Source: Lachnospiraceae bacterium
GTDB taxonomy: Bacteria > Bacillota > Clostridia > Lachnospirales > Lachnospiraceae
DNA length: 64,000 nt
Assembly (NCBI GenBank): GCA_017428105.1
Contig: JAFRRM010000003.1
Span: 12,861 to 76,860 of the forward strand
Direction of reading: 5' to 3'
Below are positions 19,347 through 28,915 of the stretch, in pieces (positions within the stretch are counted from its first letter, which is position 1; each line of letters begins with the position of its first letter). The translations under genes and the position numbers were made by a program. The notes beneath the pieces are model-generated. The model was given only the letters and a program-made list of their open reading frames with translations, made no database searches and had not been told where the DNA came from.

Positions 19347-20528
19347 TCACTCCGTCTCTTTCAGGACCGTCTGCAGCATCCGGGAAGGATCCACGACGGA
19401 GGAGACCGCGATATTGTGGTTCATCGTGTTGATGATCTTTCCGATGAAGCCGGACATGTCCGCTTCCAGATACCAGGGCTGTTCCAGAACGATGGGCGGC
19501 CGGTAGTTCAGGTTGGTGGTGACCATATAGTCGAAAATGCCTTCGTCATGCGCTTTGATGAACTTTTCGAAGCCGGCGACGAACAGGCCGAAGGTGCAGC
19601 AGATGATGACCGTGGCCGCTCCGTGCTCCTTCATGTCGCGCGCGGCTTCCAGGATGTTGAAGCCGGTGGAAATGATGTCGTCCAGGATCAGGACGATCTT
19701 GCCCTGGGGATTCGGTCCCAGATATTCAGATGCCACGACGGGGTTCACGCCGTCCTCTATGCGGGTGTAGTCGCGGCGCTTGTAGAACATGCCCAGATCG
19801 AGTCCGACGGTGTTGGCCAGATAAACGGCCCGGCGCATGGCACCTTCATCCGGACTGATCAGCAGCATGTTGTCCTTGCAGAAATGGATGTCCTGCAGCT
19901 GGGAGAGAAGCACATGCAGGAAATTGTAGTCGGGAGAGTAGTTGTCGAAGTCGTGCAGCGGGATCGCGTTCTGCACGCAGGGATCGTGCGCGTCGAAGGT
20001 CACGATGTTGGCGACGCCCATGCTGCTGAGTTCTTCGAGCGCCAGAGCGCAGTCCAGCGATTCCCGGAGCACGCGCTTATGCTGGCGGCTCTGATAGAGG
20101 AAGGGCATGATCACGCTGATACGGTGGGCGGAAGTGGAAGCGGCGGCAATGATGCGCTTTAAGTCCTGGTAATGATCATCGGGGGACATATAATGGGTCC
20201 GGCCGCTGATCTTGAAGCTCATGCTGTTGTTCGTAACGTCCGATACGATGAACAGGTCGCTGCCGCGGACAGATTCCAGGATCATGCCTTTGGCTTCGCC
20301 GGAACTGAAACGGGGGCACTGGACCCGGACCAGATAAGAATCCTTGTCGTATTCCCGGCCGGAGATCGTGGCGTCGTCCTGCGCGTGATCCGCCAGGTAC
20401 TGTTTGCGCAGCGTAACGATGTGCCGGTCCGCTTTTTCGACGAGTTCTCGGCAGTTGTCCATCGCAATGATTTTGAGGGGGGCAAGAAGGGTGCGGTTCT
20501 TAAAGTAATAGGTCTTATCCATCTCCAT
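19347..20528 (-). CDS. Ribose-phosphate pyrophosphokinase-like protein, long divergent form (393 aa)
   Basis: Prs-like blocks RFSSGEAKGMILESVRGSDLFIV, VTFDAHDP and LILDDIISTGFNILEAA, plus N-terminal and C-terminal extensions relative to ~315-aa class I Prs. Confidence 0.65.
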   Translation of the reverse strand: MEMDKTYYFKNRTLLAPLKIIAMDNCRELVEKADRHIVTLRKQYLADHAQDDATISGREYDKDSYLVRVQCPRFSSGEAKGMILESVRGSDLFIVSDVTNNSMSFKISGRTHYMSPDDHYQDLKRIIAAASTSAHRISVIMPFLYQSRQHKRVLRESLDCALALEELSSMGVANIVTFDAHDPCVQNAIPLHDFDNYSPDYNFLHVLLSQLQDIHFCKDNMLLISPDEGAMRRAVYLANTVGLDLGMFYKRRDYTRIEDGVNPVVASEYLGPNPQGKIVLILDDIISTGFNILEAARDMKEHGAATVIICCTFGLFVAGFEKFIKAHDEGIFDYMVTTNLNYRPPIVLEQPWYLEADMSGFIGKIINTMNHNIAVSSVVDPSRMLQTVLKETE

Positions 20529-20637
20529 GATTGATCCGCCTTTCCGGAAAGAGAAATGACTTGCGTTAAAATCGTACCACTTTTCGGTGGAATTGGCAAG
20601 GATTATATGTTAGAATAAACACGGGAAGGCAAATATA

Positions 20638-22005
20638 ATGAAGAAGCATCGCATCAGCCGGGTCGCGCCCGGCTCCATCGGAGAAGAGCTGGAGATCAGA
20701 CCCGGCGATCATATTCTGAGTATCGGAGGCCAGGAGATCGAGGACGTCCTGGACTACGAGTTTCTGTGCCGCGAGGAAGAGATCGAACTCCTGGTGGAGA
20801 CCGCGGAAGGAGAGCAGATCCTGTTCGAGATCGAAAAGGACGAGGACGAGGACCTGGGCCTTTCTTTTGAAGAAGGCCTGATGGACGAATACCGTTCCTG
20901 CCGCAATAAATGCATTTTCTGCTTCATCGACCAGATGCCGCCCGGCATGCGCGAAACGCTGTATTTCAAGGATGATGACGCGCGCCTGAGCTTCCTGCAG
21001 GGCAATTACATCACCCTGACCAACATGAGCGATCACGAATTTGACCGCATCATCCGGTACCACCTGTCGCCCATCAACATCTCCGTGCACACCATGAACC
21101 CGGACCTGCGGTGCCGTATGCTCCACAACCGTTTTGCCGGCGATGCGCTCAAACGGCTGGATACGCTGTACGAACACGGGATCACCATGAACGGCCAGAT
21201 CGTGCTCTGTCCGGGGTGGAACGACGGCGCCGAACTGGAATATACCATTGAACAGCTGTCGCGCTACCTGCCCGTCATGGAGAGCGTTTCCGTAGTGCCG
21301 GTCGGGCTGACGAAATACCGGGAAGGCCTGGCGCCGCTGCGGCTCCTGACGAAGGAAGAGGCGGCGCGGACCATCGACGTCATCGAGAAATGGCAGCGGA
21401 AGCTTTATCCCCTGCACGGCCTGCATTTCATCCACGCCAGCGATGAGTTCTATCTGCTGGCGGACCGCCCGTTGCCGGAGGAAGACCGCTACGACGGTTA
21501 TCTGCAGCTGGAAAACGGCGTGGGGATGATGCGGCTTTTCATGGATCAGTTCCGGGAAGAACTGAAGCACCACAAGCCCTCCTCCCGGAAAAAACGGAAA
21601 GTCGCCATTGCCTGCGGCCGCCTGCCGGCGCCTGTCATGCAGGAACTGCTCGGCGAGTTGACCGCCAGATTCCCCGGCGTCGAACCGCTTCTGTACCCGA
21701 TCCGGAACGATTTCTTCGGCGAGACCATCACCGTGTCCGGCCTGGTGACCGGCGGGGACCTGATCGCGCAGCTCAAAGGAAAGGATCTGGGCGATACCGT
21801 TTACATCCCGCTGACCATGCTGCGGGCCGGCGAGGACGTTTTTCTGGACGACGTGCACGTATCCGACGTGGAAGATGCGCTCGGCGTTCCGGTCGTGGCT
21901 CTTGACTGCGACGGCATTTCCATGGTAAAAAGCATTTTAAAACCCGGTCCCGGCGACGTCAGAAGCCGGCTGTTCCGGGCTTATGAATCAGGAGGCGCTC
22001 CATGA
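20638..22005 (+). CDS. DUF512-type radical SAM protein with an N-terminal PDZ-like domain
   Basis: CRNKCIFCF (CxxxCxxC) motif after a PDZ-like N-terminus ([13 protein letters not shown]). ATGA overlap with der, the usual clostridial position. Confidence 0.7.
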   Translation: MKKHRISRVAPGSIGEELEIRPGDHILSIGGQEIEDVLDYEFLCREEEIELLVETAEGEQILFEIEKDEDEDLGLSFEEGLMDEYRSCRNKCIFCFIDQMPPGMRETLYFKDDDARLSFLQGNYITLTNMSDHEFDRIIRYHLSPINISVHTMNPDLRCRMLHNRFAGDALKRLDTLYEHGITMNGQIVLCPGWNDGAELEYTIEQLSRYLPVMESVSVVPVGLTKYREGLAPLRLLTKEEAARTIDVIEKWQRKLYPLHGLHFIHASDEFYLLADRPLPEEDRYDGYLQLENGVGMMRLFMDQFREELKHHKPSSRKKRKVAIACGRLPAPVMQELLGELTARFPGVEPLLYPIRNDFFGETITVSGLVTGGDLIAQLKGKDLGDTVYIPLTMLRAGEDVFLDDVHVSDVEDALGVPVVALDCDGISMVKSILKPGPGDVRSRLFRAYESGGAP

Positions 22006-23330
22006 GCAGACCCATCGTAGCGATAGTAGGGCGGCCCAACGTGGGAAAATCCACCCTTTTCAATAAACTGGCTGGCAGCCGCATCTCCATCGTGGACGAC
22101 ACGCCCGGCGTGACCCGCGACCGTATTTATGCGGACTGCACCTGGCTGGACCGCAGTTTCACGCTGATCGACACCGGCGGCATCGAGCCGGACAGCAGCG
22201 ACGTCATCTTAAAGCAGATGCGCGAACAGGCCCTCACGGCCATGGAGACCGCGGACGCCATCATTTTTCTGACAGACGTCAAGCAGGGGCTCGTGGACGA
22301 TGACCTGCGCGTGGCGGAGATGCTCCGCAAGTCGCAGAAACCCGTCGTCCTTGCCGTCAACAAAGTGGATAACTTTGCCAAATACGGCAACGACGTATAC
22401 GAATTCTACAATCTCGGCCTAGGCGACCCCGTCCCGATCTCCGCGACGGAAATGCTAGGCCTGGGCGACCTGCTGGACGAGGTGATGAAGCACATCCCGA
22501 AGGCGCCCGAGGAGGAAGAGGAAGACGCCCGGCCGCGCATCGCCATCGTCGGGAAGCCCAATGTGGGCAAGAGCAGCATCGTGAACCGCATGGCGGGCAA
22601 TCAGCGCGTGATCGTCTCCGATGTCGCCGGCACCACGCGGGACGCCATCGATACGGTCGTGCGGCGCAACAAGAAGGAATACGTCCTGATCGATACCGCC
22701 GGCCTGCGCCGTAAGAGCAAGGTCAAGGAAGATATCGAGCATTACAGCATCGTCCGCGCCGTCAGCGCCGTCGAGCGTGCCAACGTGGTCATCCTGGTGA
22801 TCGACGCGAAGGAAGGCGTCAGCGAGCAGGACGCCAAGATCGCCGGCATCGCGCACGACCGGAACAAGGGGATCCTGATCCTGGTCAACAAATGGGATCT
22901 GGTCGAAAAGGACAACAGTACCGTGAAGACGTTCACGCAGGACATCCGCGACGTGCTGTCGTTCCTGGATTACGCGGACATCCTGTTCGTATCCGCGGAG
23001 ACCGGCCAGCGCCTGGGACAGATCTTCGACAAAGTGGACGAGATCATGGAAAGCTGCGTTCAGCGCGTCGCGACCGGCGTGCTGAACGAGATCATTTCGC
23101 AGGCGACCGCCATGCATGAGCCGCCTTCGGATAAAGGCAAGCGCTTGAGGATCTATTACGCCACCCAGGTGGCCGCCGGTCCGCCCACGTTCGTGTTCTT
23201 CGTGAATGATAAAAAACTGATGCATTTCTCCTATCAGCGCTATCTGGAGAACCAGCTCCGGGAGACCTTCGGCTTCCGGGGGACCAGCATCAAGATCATC
23301 GTGCGGGAAAGGAGTGAGAAGGAGCAATGA
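22002..23330 (+). CDS. der: Ribosome-associated GTPase Der (EngA)
   Basis: Tandem GTPase domains ([17 protein letters not shown] and [17 protein letters not shown]) plus a KH-like C-terminus. Confidence 0.95.
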   Translation: MSRPIVAIVGRPNVGKSTLFNKLAGSRISIVDDTPGVTRDRIYADCTWLDRSFTLIDTGGIEPDSSDVILKQMREQALTAMETADAIIFLTDVKQGLVDDDLRVAEMLRKSQKPVVLAVNKVDNFAKYGNDVYEFYNLGLGDPVPISATEMLGLGDLLDEVMKHIPKAPEEEEEDARPRIAIVGKPNVGKSSIVNRMAGNQRVIVSDVAGTTRDAIDTVVRRNKKEYVLIDTAGLRRKSKVKEDIEHYSIVRAVSAVERANVVILVIDAKEGVSEQDAKIAGIAHDRNKGILILVNKWDLVEKDNSTVKTFTQDIRDVLSFLDYADILFVSAETGQRLGQIFDKVDEIMESCVQRVATGVLNEIISQATAMHEPPSDKGKRLRIYYATQVAAGPPTFVFFVNDKKLMHFSYQRYLENQLRETFGFRGTSIKIIVRERSEKEQ

Positions 23331-23956
23331 TCCGTTTACTGCTGATCGCGGTCGGATATTTCTTCGGCTGCATCCAGACCAGTTTCTTTTACGGGAAACG
23401 GCGGGGCGTGGACATCCGGGAACACGGCAGCGGCAACGCCGGTTCCACCAACGCCCTGCGGGTAATGGGGAAGAAAGCCGGCGTCATCGTGTTCATCGGA
23501 GACATGGGCAAAATGATCCTGGCCGTTCTGCTGATGCTTCTGGTGTTTAAACCGCGCGGACCGGAATTCGTGCTGCTGATCAAGCTGTACACGGGTCTGG
23601 GCGTCGTTCTGGGGCATGATTTCCCGTTCTTCATGGATTTTAAGGGCGGCAAGGGCGTCGCGTCCACGGCGGCTCTGATCCTGATCCTGGACTGGCGCAT
23701 GGCCGTCATGGGACTCATCGTGTTCTTCGGCATCGCGCTGACGACCCGGCTCGTTTCGCTGGCCTCGTGCGTGCTGCTGGTCTCGGAACTGATCCTGTAC
23801 ACCGTCCTGATCCTGAACGGAAAGATCGCCTGCGGGGTACTGGCCCACTGGGAAGCCATCCTGCTGTTCGCCGTTCTGGTGGTGCTGTCCCTGCTGCGGC
23901 ACGTGCCGAACATCGTGCGTCTGATCCGGGGGGAAGAAAAGCCCCTGAAAATCTGA
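23327..23956 (+). CDS. plsY: Glycerol-3-phosphate acyltransferase PlsY
   Basis: [13 protein letters not shown] and FKGGKGVA motifs in a 5-6 TM protein. ATGA overlap with der. Confidence 0.9.
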   Translation: MIRLLLIAVGYFFGCIQTSFFYGKRRGVDIREHGSGNAGSTNALRVMGKKAGVIVFIGDMGKMILAVLLMLLVFKPRGPEFVLLIKLYTGLGVVLGHDFPFFMDFKGGKGVASTAALILILDWRMAVMGLIVFFGIALTTRLVSLASCVLLVSELILYTVLILNGKIACGVLAHWEAILLFAVLVVLSLLRHVPNIVRLIRGEEKPLKI

Positions 23957-23966
23957 CGCTTTCCGC

Positions 23967-23995
23967 TTTACAAGGCGGAGGTTTTGCGGTATAGT
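23967..23995 (+). promoter_or_regulatory. Candidate sigma-A promoter for guaB
   Basis: TTTACA (23967-23972), 17-nt spacer, TATAGT (23990-23995), about 70 nt upstream of the guaB ATG. Confidence 0.5.
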
Positions 23996-24065
23996 CTGAT
24001 GAAAAACCGGCCGGTCCCGCGGCGGGATCCCGGCTCCATCAATAAACTTTAGGGGAGAGAAGAGC

Positions 24066-25577
24066 ATGGCAACTATTCTGGATGAGCAGTCAAGAACTTT
24101 TAACGAGTACCTGATCATTCCCGGTTATTCTTCCGCGGAATGCATTCCCGCCAATGTATCTCTGAAGACGCCTCTGGTCCGCTTTAAACAGGGAGAAGAA
24201 CCCGCGCTGACCATGAACATCCCGATGGTGAGCGCGATCATGCAGTCGGTCTCGGGAGACCGGCTGGCTGTGGCGCTGGCCATGGAGGGCGGCGTTTCCT
24301 TCATCTTCGGTTCCCAGAGCGTGGCGTCACAGGCGGCCATGGTCGCGCGCGCCAAGAGCTTCAAGGCCGGTTTCGTCCGCAGCGATTCCAACGTGCGGCC
24401 GGACCAGACGCTGGCCGACATCGTCGCCATCACGGCGTCCACGGGCCATTCGACCATCGCGGTCACCGAGGACGGCACGCCCGAAGGCAAGCTGATGGGC
24501 CTGGTCACCAGCCGCGACTACCGCGTCTCCCGCATGGAGCCGACCCTGCCGGTCCGTGAATTCATGACGCCCATGGAAAGACTGATCTGGGCGCCGGAAG
24601 GGACCTCACTGAAGGAAGCCAACGACATCATCTGGGATCACAAGCTGAACGCCCTGCCCATCGTGGACAAAAACGGCAAGCTCTGCCATATCGTGTTCCG
24701 CAAGGACTACGATCTGCATAAACAGAACCCGAACGAACTGCTGGATCAGCACAAGCGGTACGTGGTGGGCGCCGGCATCAACACGCGTGACTACGCCGAG
24801 CGCGTGCCCGCGCTGATCGAAGCCGGGGCAGACGTGCTCTGCATCGACTCTTCCGAAGGCTTTTCCGAATGGCAGAAGAGGACCATCGATTGGATCCGCG
24901 GCGAATACGGCGACCGCGTCAAGGTGGGCGCCGGCAACGTGGTGGACGCGGACGGCTTCCGTTTCCTGGCGAACTGCGGCGCGGACTTCGTGAAGGTCGG
25001 CATCGGCGGCGGATCGATCTGCATCACGCGCGAGACCAAGGGCATCGGCCGCGGCCAGGCGACGGCACTGATCGAGGTCTGCAAGGAGCGCGACAAATAC
25101 TTTGAGGAGACCGGCATTTATGTGCCGGTGTGCTCCGACGGCGGCATCGTCTACGACCACCACATCACGCTGGCCCTGGCCATGGGCGCGGATTTCGTGA
25201 TGCTGGGCCGTTATTTTGCCCGCTTTGACGAAAGCCCCACCAACCGGATCAGCATCAACGGGACCTATTACAAGGAGTACTGGGGCGAAGGCTCCGCCCG
25301 CGCGCGGAACTGGCAGCGCTACGATCTGGGCGGCGACAAGAAACTGTCCTTTGAAGAAGGCGTGGATTCCTACGTCCCGTACGCCGGCAGCCTCAAGGAC
25401 AACGTCCAGCTGACGTTGAGCAAGGTGCGTTCCACCATGTGCAACTGCGGGGCGCTGACCATCCGCGAACTGCAGCAGAAGGCGAAGCTGACACTGGTCT
25501 CGTCCGTCAGCATCGTGGAAGGCGGCGCGCACGACGTGATCCAGAAGGACAATCCCTCCGTGATGGGAACGAAATAA
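24066..25577 (+). CDS. guaB: IMP dehydrogenase
   Basis: TIM-barrel IMPDH layout with an inserted CBS pair and the catalytic loop [13 protein letters not shown]. 503 aa. Confidence 0.8.
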   Translation: MATILDEQSRTFNEYLIIPGYSSAECIPANVSLKTPLVRFKQGEEPALTMNIPMVSAIMQSVSGDRLAVALAMEGGVSFIFGSQSVASQAAMVARAKSFKAGFVRSDSNVRPDQTLADIVAITASTGHSTIAVTEDGTPEGKLMGLVTSRDYRVSRMEPTLPVREFMTPMERLIWAPEGTSLKEANDIIWDHKLNALPIVDKNGKLCHIVFRKDYDLHKQNPNELLDQHKRYVVGAGINTRDYAERVPALIEAGADVLCIDSSEGFSEWQKRTIDWIRGEYGDRVKVGAGNVVDADGFRFLANCGADFVKVGIGGGSICITRETKGIGRGQATALIEVCKERDKYFEETGIYVPVCSDGGIVYDHHITLALAMGADFVMLGRYFARFDESPTNRISINGTYYKEYWGEGSARARNWQRYDLGGDKKLSFEEGVDSYVPYAGSLKDNVQLTLSKVRSTMCNCGALTIRELQQKAKLTLVSSVSIVEGGAHDVIQKDNPSVMGTK

Positions 25578-25582
25578 AAACA

Positions 25583-25607
25583 TGCTGCGGGCGGCCGACG
25601 GCCGCCC
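25583..25607 (+). repeat. Direct repeat copy 1 (GC hairpin, no T-tract)
   Basis: TGCTGCGGGCGGCCGACGGCCGCCC matches 28145-28169 at 24 of 25 positions. It forms a 10-bp stem (25587-25609) 6 nt after the guaB stop and is followed by GTGATATGG, not by T residues. Confidence 0.7.
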
Positions 25608-25627
25608 GCGTGATATGGTGATAGGAT

Positions 25628-25825
25628 ATGGGATCCGGAAAGAAACCTGTGCAGAGCAACTGCGACGACTGCATGAACTACGAATACGATGAGGAATTCG
25701 ACTGCTACAGCTGCATCATGGACCTGGACGAGGACGAGATGCGCCTGTTCCTGATCGGCCGCTTTCCGTCCTGTCCGTATTACCGGCCGGGAAACGAGTA
25801 TACGATCGTGCACAAGCAGATCTGA
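25628..25825 (+). CDS. Small acidic Cys-rich protein (CxxC..CxxC, zinc-ribbon-like)
   Basis: 65 aa: NCDDCMNYEYDEEFDCYSCIMDLDEDE. A bidirectional terminator follows. Confidence 0.55.
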   Translation: MGSGKKPVQSNCDDCMNYEYDEEFDCYSCIMDLDEDEMRLFLIGRFPSCPYYRPGNEYTIVHKQI

Positions 25826-25849
25826 ATGCAATATCTGGAATGTTTTTGG

Positions 25850-25882
25850 AAAAGCCCCGATTACACGGGGCTTTTCTTTTTA
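25850..25882. terminator. Bidirectional terminator between the small Cys-rich gene and the recombinase gene
   Basis: AAAAGCCCCG / CGGGGCTTTT stem flanked by an A-run and T-run. It overlaps the recombinase stop codon (25880-25882). Confidence 0.7.
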
Positions 25883-26965
25883 ATTTTTGTCTTTATCAGA
25901 GCTATTCTCCGGATTCTGATATACATGCAGCGTCCCGGCGATCCTCTTATGCTTCTCGCTGATGTCCGCGTAATGCTTGCGGGTCGTGTCGACGCTTTTG
26001 TGGCCCAGCGTTTCACTGACCAGGCCGATGTCCGAGGTCGCTTCGTACAGCATCGTTCCGTATGTCTTGCGAAGCGTATGCGGGTGCAGGTTTTCCTGGT
26101 TCAGCACGGCACGGCCGTATTTTTCCAGCATGGTCTGGATGGAACGGACCGCCATGCGCTGTTTGCGGTTGGACAAAAACAGGGCCGGCTCGTTCGGCGA
26201 GGTCACGAAGGCGGGACGTTCGATCTCGATGTAATCGCGGACCGCTTTCGCGGTTTCCTCGTTCATGTAAACGTATTCGATGCGGCCGCCTTTGCGGACG
26301 ACGCAGACAGACATTTCGTCAAAATTGATGTCCTTCAGGTCCAGCCCGACGCATTCGGACACGCGGATGCCGGTGTTGAGCAGGAGAGTGGCGATGGCGG
26401 TGTCCCGCAGCTGCGTGCGGACGGTGAAGGCCCGAGAGCGCTCGGAGCCGGATTCGCTGGCTTCGATGCCCTGCAGCAGCCGGTTGACCTGGTCCGGGCG
26501 CAGGCGCTCTATGGGCTTTTCCTTGGGAGGCATCGGCTTGGCGGCGCCCAGCATCGGATTTTTGACCAGATGCTCGCGCGCGACTTCAAAACCGAAATAT
26601 CCACGCAGCGTGCACATCATGCGGTTCAGGGCGTTTTCCGCATTGTAGTGAACATTTGTTCCGTTGTTTTGCTTCAGGTACTGCAGGAAATAATTGATGT
26701 CGTCGTAGGTCAGGGACTCCATGCATTCAAACGGGATATCCCGGATCGAAGTGTTTTCGTACAGCGGATTGACTTCCTGAATATATTTCATGAAGGTGAT
26801 CAGGTCACGCGTATAGGCAATGGCCGTGCGGACGCGTTTGCTGAGCTCGATGTGCGAAAGGTACGGTTTCATGTACACGGGCAATTGTTTCTGCAGTTCA
26901 TGAAGTTTGTTGTAGTAGGCTTTGTCCTTTTCGGCGTAATATTCGGATTTGAAACGTTTCGGCAT
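25880..26965 (-). CDS. Tyrosine-type site-specific recombinase/integrase (XerC/D-like, extended N-terminal domain)
   Basis: Catalytic signature visible: TGIRVSE (Arg), HPHTLRKT (HxxR), LGHKSVDTT (His), HY (Tyr). The likely start is ATG 26965 (MPKRFKSEYY..). The upstream part of the track ORF runs into AT-rich non-coding DNA. Confidence 0.85.
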   Translation of the reverse strand: MPKRFKSEYYAEKDKAYYNKLHELQKQLPVYMKPYLSHIELSKRVRTAIAYTRDLITFMKYIQEVNPLYENTSIRDIPFECMESLTYDDINYFLQYLKQNNGTNVHYNAENALNRMMCTLRGYFGFEVAREHLVKNPMLGAAKPMPPKEKPIERLRPDQVNRLLQGIEASESGSERSRAFTVRTQLRDTAIATLLLNTGIRVSECVGLDLKDINFDEMSVCVVRKGGRIEYVYMNEETAKAVRDYIEIERPAFVTSPNEPALFLSNRKQRMAVRSIQTMLEKYGRAVLNQENLHPHTLRKTYGTMLYEATSDIGLVSETLGHKSVDTTRKHYADISEKHKRIAGTLHVYQNPENSSDKDKN

Positions 26966-27382
26966 GAGGTGGATCCTTTCTGTTTGGAAAACCGGGTCCG
27001 GAGGGATTTTTGCTGTTGGGGCGGGCTTTTGGCGGAAGCCGCTCTTTCCGGTGTTTTTTTGCTCTATTTTTGCATTAAACATACATTTAACGCACAAATA
27101 AGTATAAGACAAATACTCTCCCGTGTCAAGAGGGATCCGGTTTTTTCGTCAGATATGACGGAATGGTCGCATAAATGCAAGCCTGCGGCGGAACGAGAAA
27201 GCGTGCAGATCCAACTGCCATATATTTTCACGCACGAATAACACCATATGACAAACTTATTTGCAAAAACATCATGTCGTTCCGGAATATTCTCAGAATC
27301 ATGCATACAATTATCGGAATCAATATGGTATAATCACGAATGTTCAAACCATTACATACATCTTAACAGAAAGGCTACTCTT

Positions 27383-28117
27383 ATGGACCTGCAGCGCTTG
27401 CTCAGTTTGACGCGCAAAGCCGTCGACGATTATCACATGATACAGGAAGGCGACCGCATTGCCGTGGGGATCTCCGGCGGCAAGGACAGCCTGACGCTCC
27501 TTTGCGCGCTGAACGCGCTGAAGCGCTTTTATCCCGCACCGTTCGAACTGGTGCCCGTCTGTGTGGACCTGGGCTTTGCCGACAGGGACGCCTCGGCCTT
27601 TGAGGCGCTCTCGGCGTTTACGGCTGACATGGGGCTGGAACTGCATGTTGTGCGGTCACAGATCGCGGAGGTAGTCTTTGACATCCGCAAAGAATCGAAC
27701 CCGTGTTCGCTTTGCGCCAAACTGCGGAAAGGGGCGTTCAATACGCGCGCCAAGGAACTGGGATGCAATAAGATCGCCTATGCGCATCACCGGAACGACT
27801 TTATTGAAACGTTTCTGATGTCGCTGATCTTTGAAGGGCGGGTCGGCTGTTTTTCCCCGGTCAGTTATCTGGACCGGATGGAACTGACGCTGATCCGGCC
27901 GCTGATGTACGTGGAGGAATCAGATGTCGTGGCGTTTACGCGGGCCCATGCGCTTCCGGTCATGAAGAATCCCTGTCCGGCGGACGGCAATACGAGGCGG
28001 GAGGAAATGAAGCGGATGGTGTCAGACCTCAACAAGACGTATCACGGGGTCAGTGAAAGGATGTTCGGGGCGATCCTGAGGGGGGATCTCAAGGGGTGGC
28101 CGAAAACGGATGATTGA
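27383..28117 (+). CDS. TtcA-family PP-loop ATPase (tRNA thiolation-type)
   Basis: PP-loop GISGGKDSLTLL, CSLCAKLRKG CxxC and NPCP Cys motifs. ATG 27383 (MDLQRLL..) is preferred over the track start in AT-rich DNA. Confidence 0.8.
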   Translation: MDLQRLLSLTRKAVDDYHMIQEGDRIAVGISGGKDSLTLLCALNALKRFYPAPFELVPVCVDLGFADRDASAFEALSAFTADMGLELHVVRSQIAEVVFDIRKESNPCSLCAKLRKGAFNTRAKELGCNKIAYAHHRNDFIETFLMSLIFEGRVGCFSPVSYLDRMELTLIRPLMYVEESDVVAFTRAHALPVMKNPCPADGNTRREEMKRMVSDLNKTYHGVSERMFGAILRGDLKGWPKTDD

Positions 28118-28144
28118 GGCGGGAGGCTTTCATGTTCCTGCCGG

Positions 28145-28169
28145 TGCTGCGGGCGGCCGATGGCCGCCC
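28145..28169 (+). repeat. Direct repeat copy 2 (also the ttcA-like terminator hairpin)
   Basis: TGCTGCGGGCGGCCGATGGCCGCCC matches copy 1 at 24 of 25 positions. Confidence 0.7.
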
Positions 28170-28179
28170 CTTCGTTTTT
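28149..28179 (+). terminator. Intrinsic terminator after the ttcA-like gene
   Basis: CGGGCGGCC-GAT-GGCCGCCC hairpin followed by CTTCGTTTTT. Confidence 0.7.
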
Positions 28180-28332
28180 CCGGGCTCTGACGGACGGCGG
28201 CGGCAGTTTTTTTACCCTCCTCTCCTTTTCGGATGCTGCTGTGAGCGCGTATTTCGGCTTCTGAGCGGTTTTGTGAGCTTCGGCGTGGAATTTTCCGTCA
28301 AAACAATTCAGAGGCGGACAGACGCGGAGCGG

Positions 28333-28365
28333 ATAAAAAATGAGAACGGCGGGGGGACCGTTCTC
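28333..28365 (-). terminator. Intrinsic terminator of the LysM (yneA-like) gene
   Basis: GAGAACGG / CCGTTCTC stem, followed on the minus strand by ATTTTTTAT. Confidence 0.65.
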
Positions 28366-28406
28366 AAGGATAACTCAAAGTCTTTTCAGGAGGGAAGCTG
28401 CTTCTC

Positions 28407-28730
28407 TCACTGATAATAAACGATGACCAGGGACTGGCCGGGCTGCAGGGAGTCCGTGTTGCGCAGTTCGTTGATCCGGATCAGCTGATCCATGTAGTCG
28501 CGGACGTCGGTGTATTCCGGGGCGTATTCCTGCGCGATGCTCCAGAGAGTATCTCCGGTCTGCACGGTCACGGAGGTATAATATTTCTGCACCGCCTCCG
28601 GACGGGCCTTCGCGCGGTTCCCGCCCAGGAACAGGACGGCAATGCCCAGACCGAGCATCATCAATAAAGCAGCAAGATAAACGCGCATTCTGTTGTGTCT
28701 TTCTCTCTTCTTCCGTTTCGTGTTCCGCAT
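28407..28730 (-). CDS. LysM-domain membrane protein, YneA-like candidate SOS cell-division inhibitor
   Basis: 107 aa from ATG 28730 (GAGGTGAGGA RBS). It has a basic N-terminus, one TM helix and a C-terminal LysM domain (VQTGDTLWSIAQEY..LQPGQSLVI). It is divergent from lexA, with SOS boxes in its promoter. The longer track ORF would include the operator region. Confidence 0.75.
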   Translation of the reverse strand: MRNTKRKKRERHNRMRVYLAALLMMLGLGIAVLFLGGNRAKARPEAVQKYYTSVTVQTGDTLWSIAQEYAPEYTDVRDYMDQLIRINELRNTDSLQPGQSLVIVYYQ

Positions 28731-28760
28731 GATCCTCACCTCACTTGCTTTATGCTGCCG

Positions 28761-28774
28761 CGAACATTTGTTCG
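28761..28774. promoter_or_regulatory. LexA operator (Cheo/SOS box) 1
   Basis: CGAACATTTGTTCG is a perfect match to the Gram-positive consensus CGAAC-N4-GTTCG. It lies just downstream of the yneA-like -10. Confidence 0.85.
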
Positions 28775-28782
28775 GTATCGTC

Positions 28783-28811
28783 ATAATACAACACGAACAT
28801 ATGTTTGTCAA
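28783..28811 (-). promoter_or_regulatory. Sigma-A promoter of the yneA-like gene
   Basis: On the minus strand: TTGACA (28811-28806), 17-nt spacer, TATTAT (28788-28783). SOS box 2 occupies the spacer. Confidence 0.65.
28794..28807. promoter_or_regulatory. LexA operator (SOS box) 2
   Basis: CGAACATATGTTTG matches the CGAACATATGTTCG consensus at 13 of 14 positions. Confidence 0.8.
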
Positions 28812-28830
28812 GCGGTTTCGCCCAAAAAAT

Positions 28831-28844
28831 CGAACAAATTTTTG
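28831..28844. promoter_or_regulatory. Degenerate SOS box 3
   Basis: CGAACAAATTTTTG has a good left half-site and a weak right half-site. Confidence 0.4.
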
Positions 28845-28858
28845 CAAACAAATGTTTG
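28845..28858. promoter_or_regulatory. SOS-box-like palindrome 4, overlapping the lexA -35
   Basis: CAAACAAATGTTTG is a palindromic AAAC-N6-GTTT with box-like spacing, immediately adjacent to box 3. Confidence 0.5.
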
Positions 28859-28883
28859 CATTTCTGCTATTATCTGCTATAAT
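28856..28883 (+). promoter_or_regulatory. Candidate sigma-A promoter of lexA
   Basis: TTGCAT (28856-28861), 16-nt spacer, TGcTATAAT (28875-28883). A second TGcTATTAT lies 10 nt upstream. Confidence 0.55.
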
Positions 28884-28915
28884 GACGAAAACGGGCAGTT
28901 TCAGGGGGGATCCTT

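Noticed and set aside
23996-24065. The guaB 5' leader, considered as a possible purine or other riboswitch.
   Set aside because: Only about 70 nt separate the predicted -10 from the ATG. I could not see the conserved purine-riboswitch junction or loop sequences. It is too short for an aptamer plus expression platform.
25826-27241. A 471-aa plus-strand ORF across the recombinase locus.
   Set aside because: It is antisense to a recombinase gene carrying the full catalytic signature, and it has no motifs of its own.
27000-27383. The AT-rich divergent intergenic region, examined for a dif/att-like recombinase site or a small RNA.
   Set aside because: I found only short palindromes (GCATAAATGC, GTAT..ATAC) and a plausible TGGTATAAT -10 for the ttcA-like gene. 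Nothing has the 11-6-11 architecture of a Xer site.
28114-28413. A 99-aa plus-strand ORF, and more generally the ~230-nt unassigned spacer between the ttcA-like terminator and the LysM terminator.
   Set aside because: The ORF starts inside the ttcA-like stop region, reads through a terminator hairpin, has no RBS and has odd composition. I found no convincing structure or repeat in the spacer. It remains unassigned rather than interesting.
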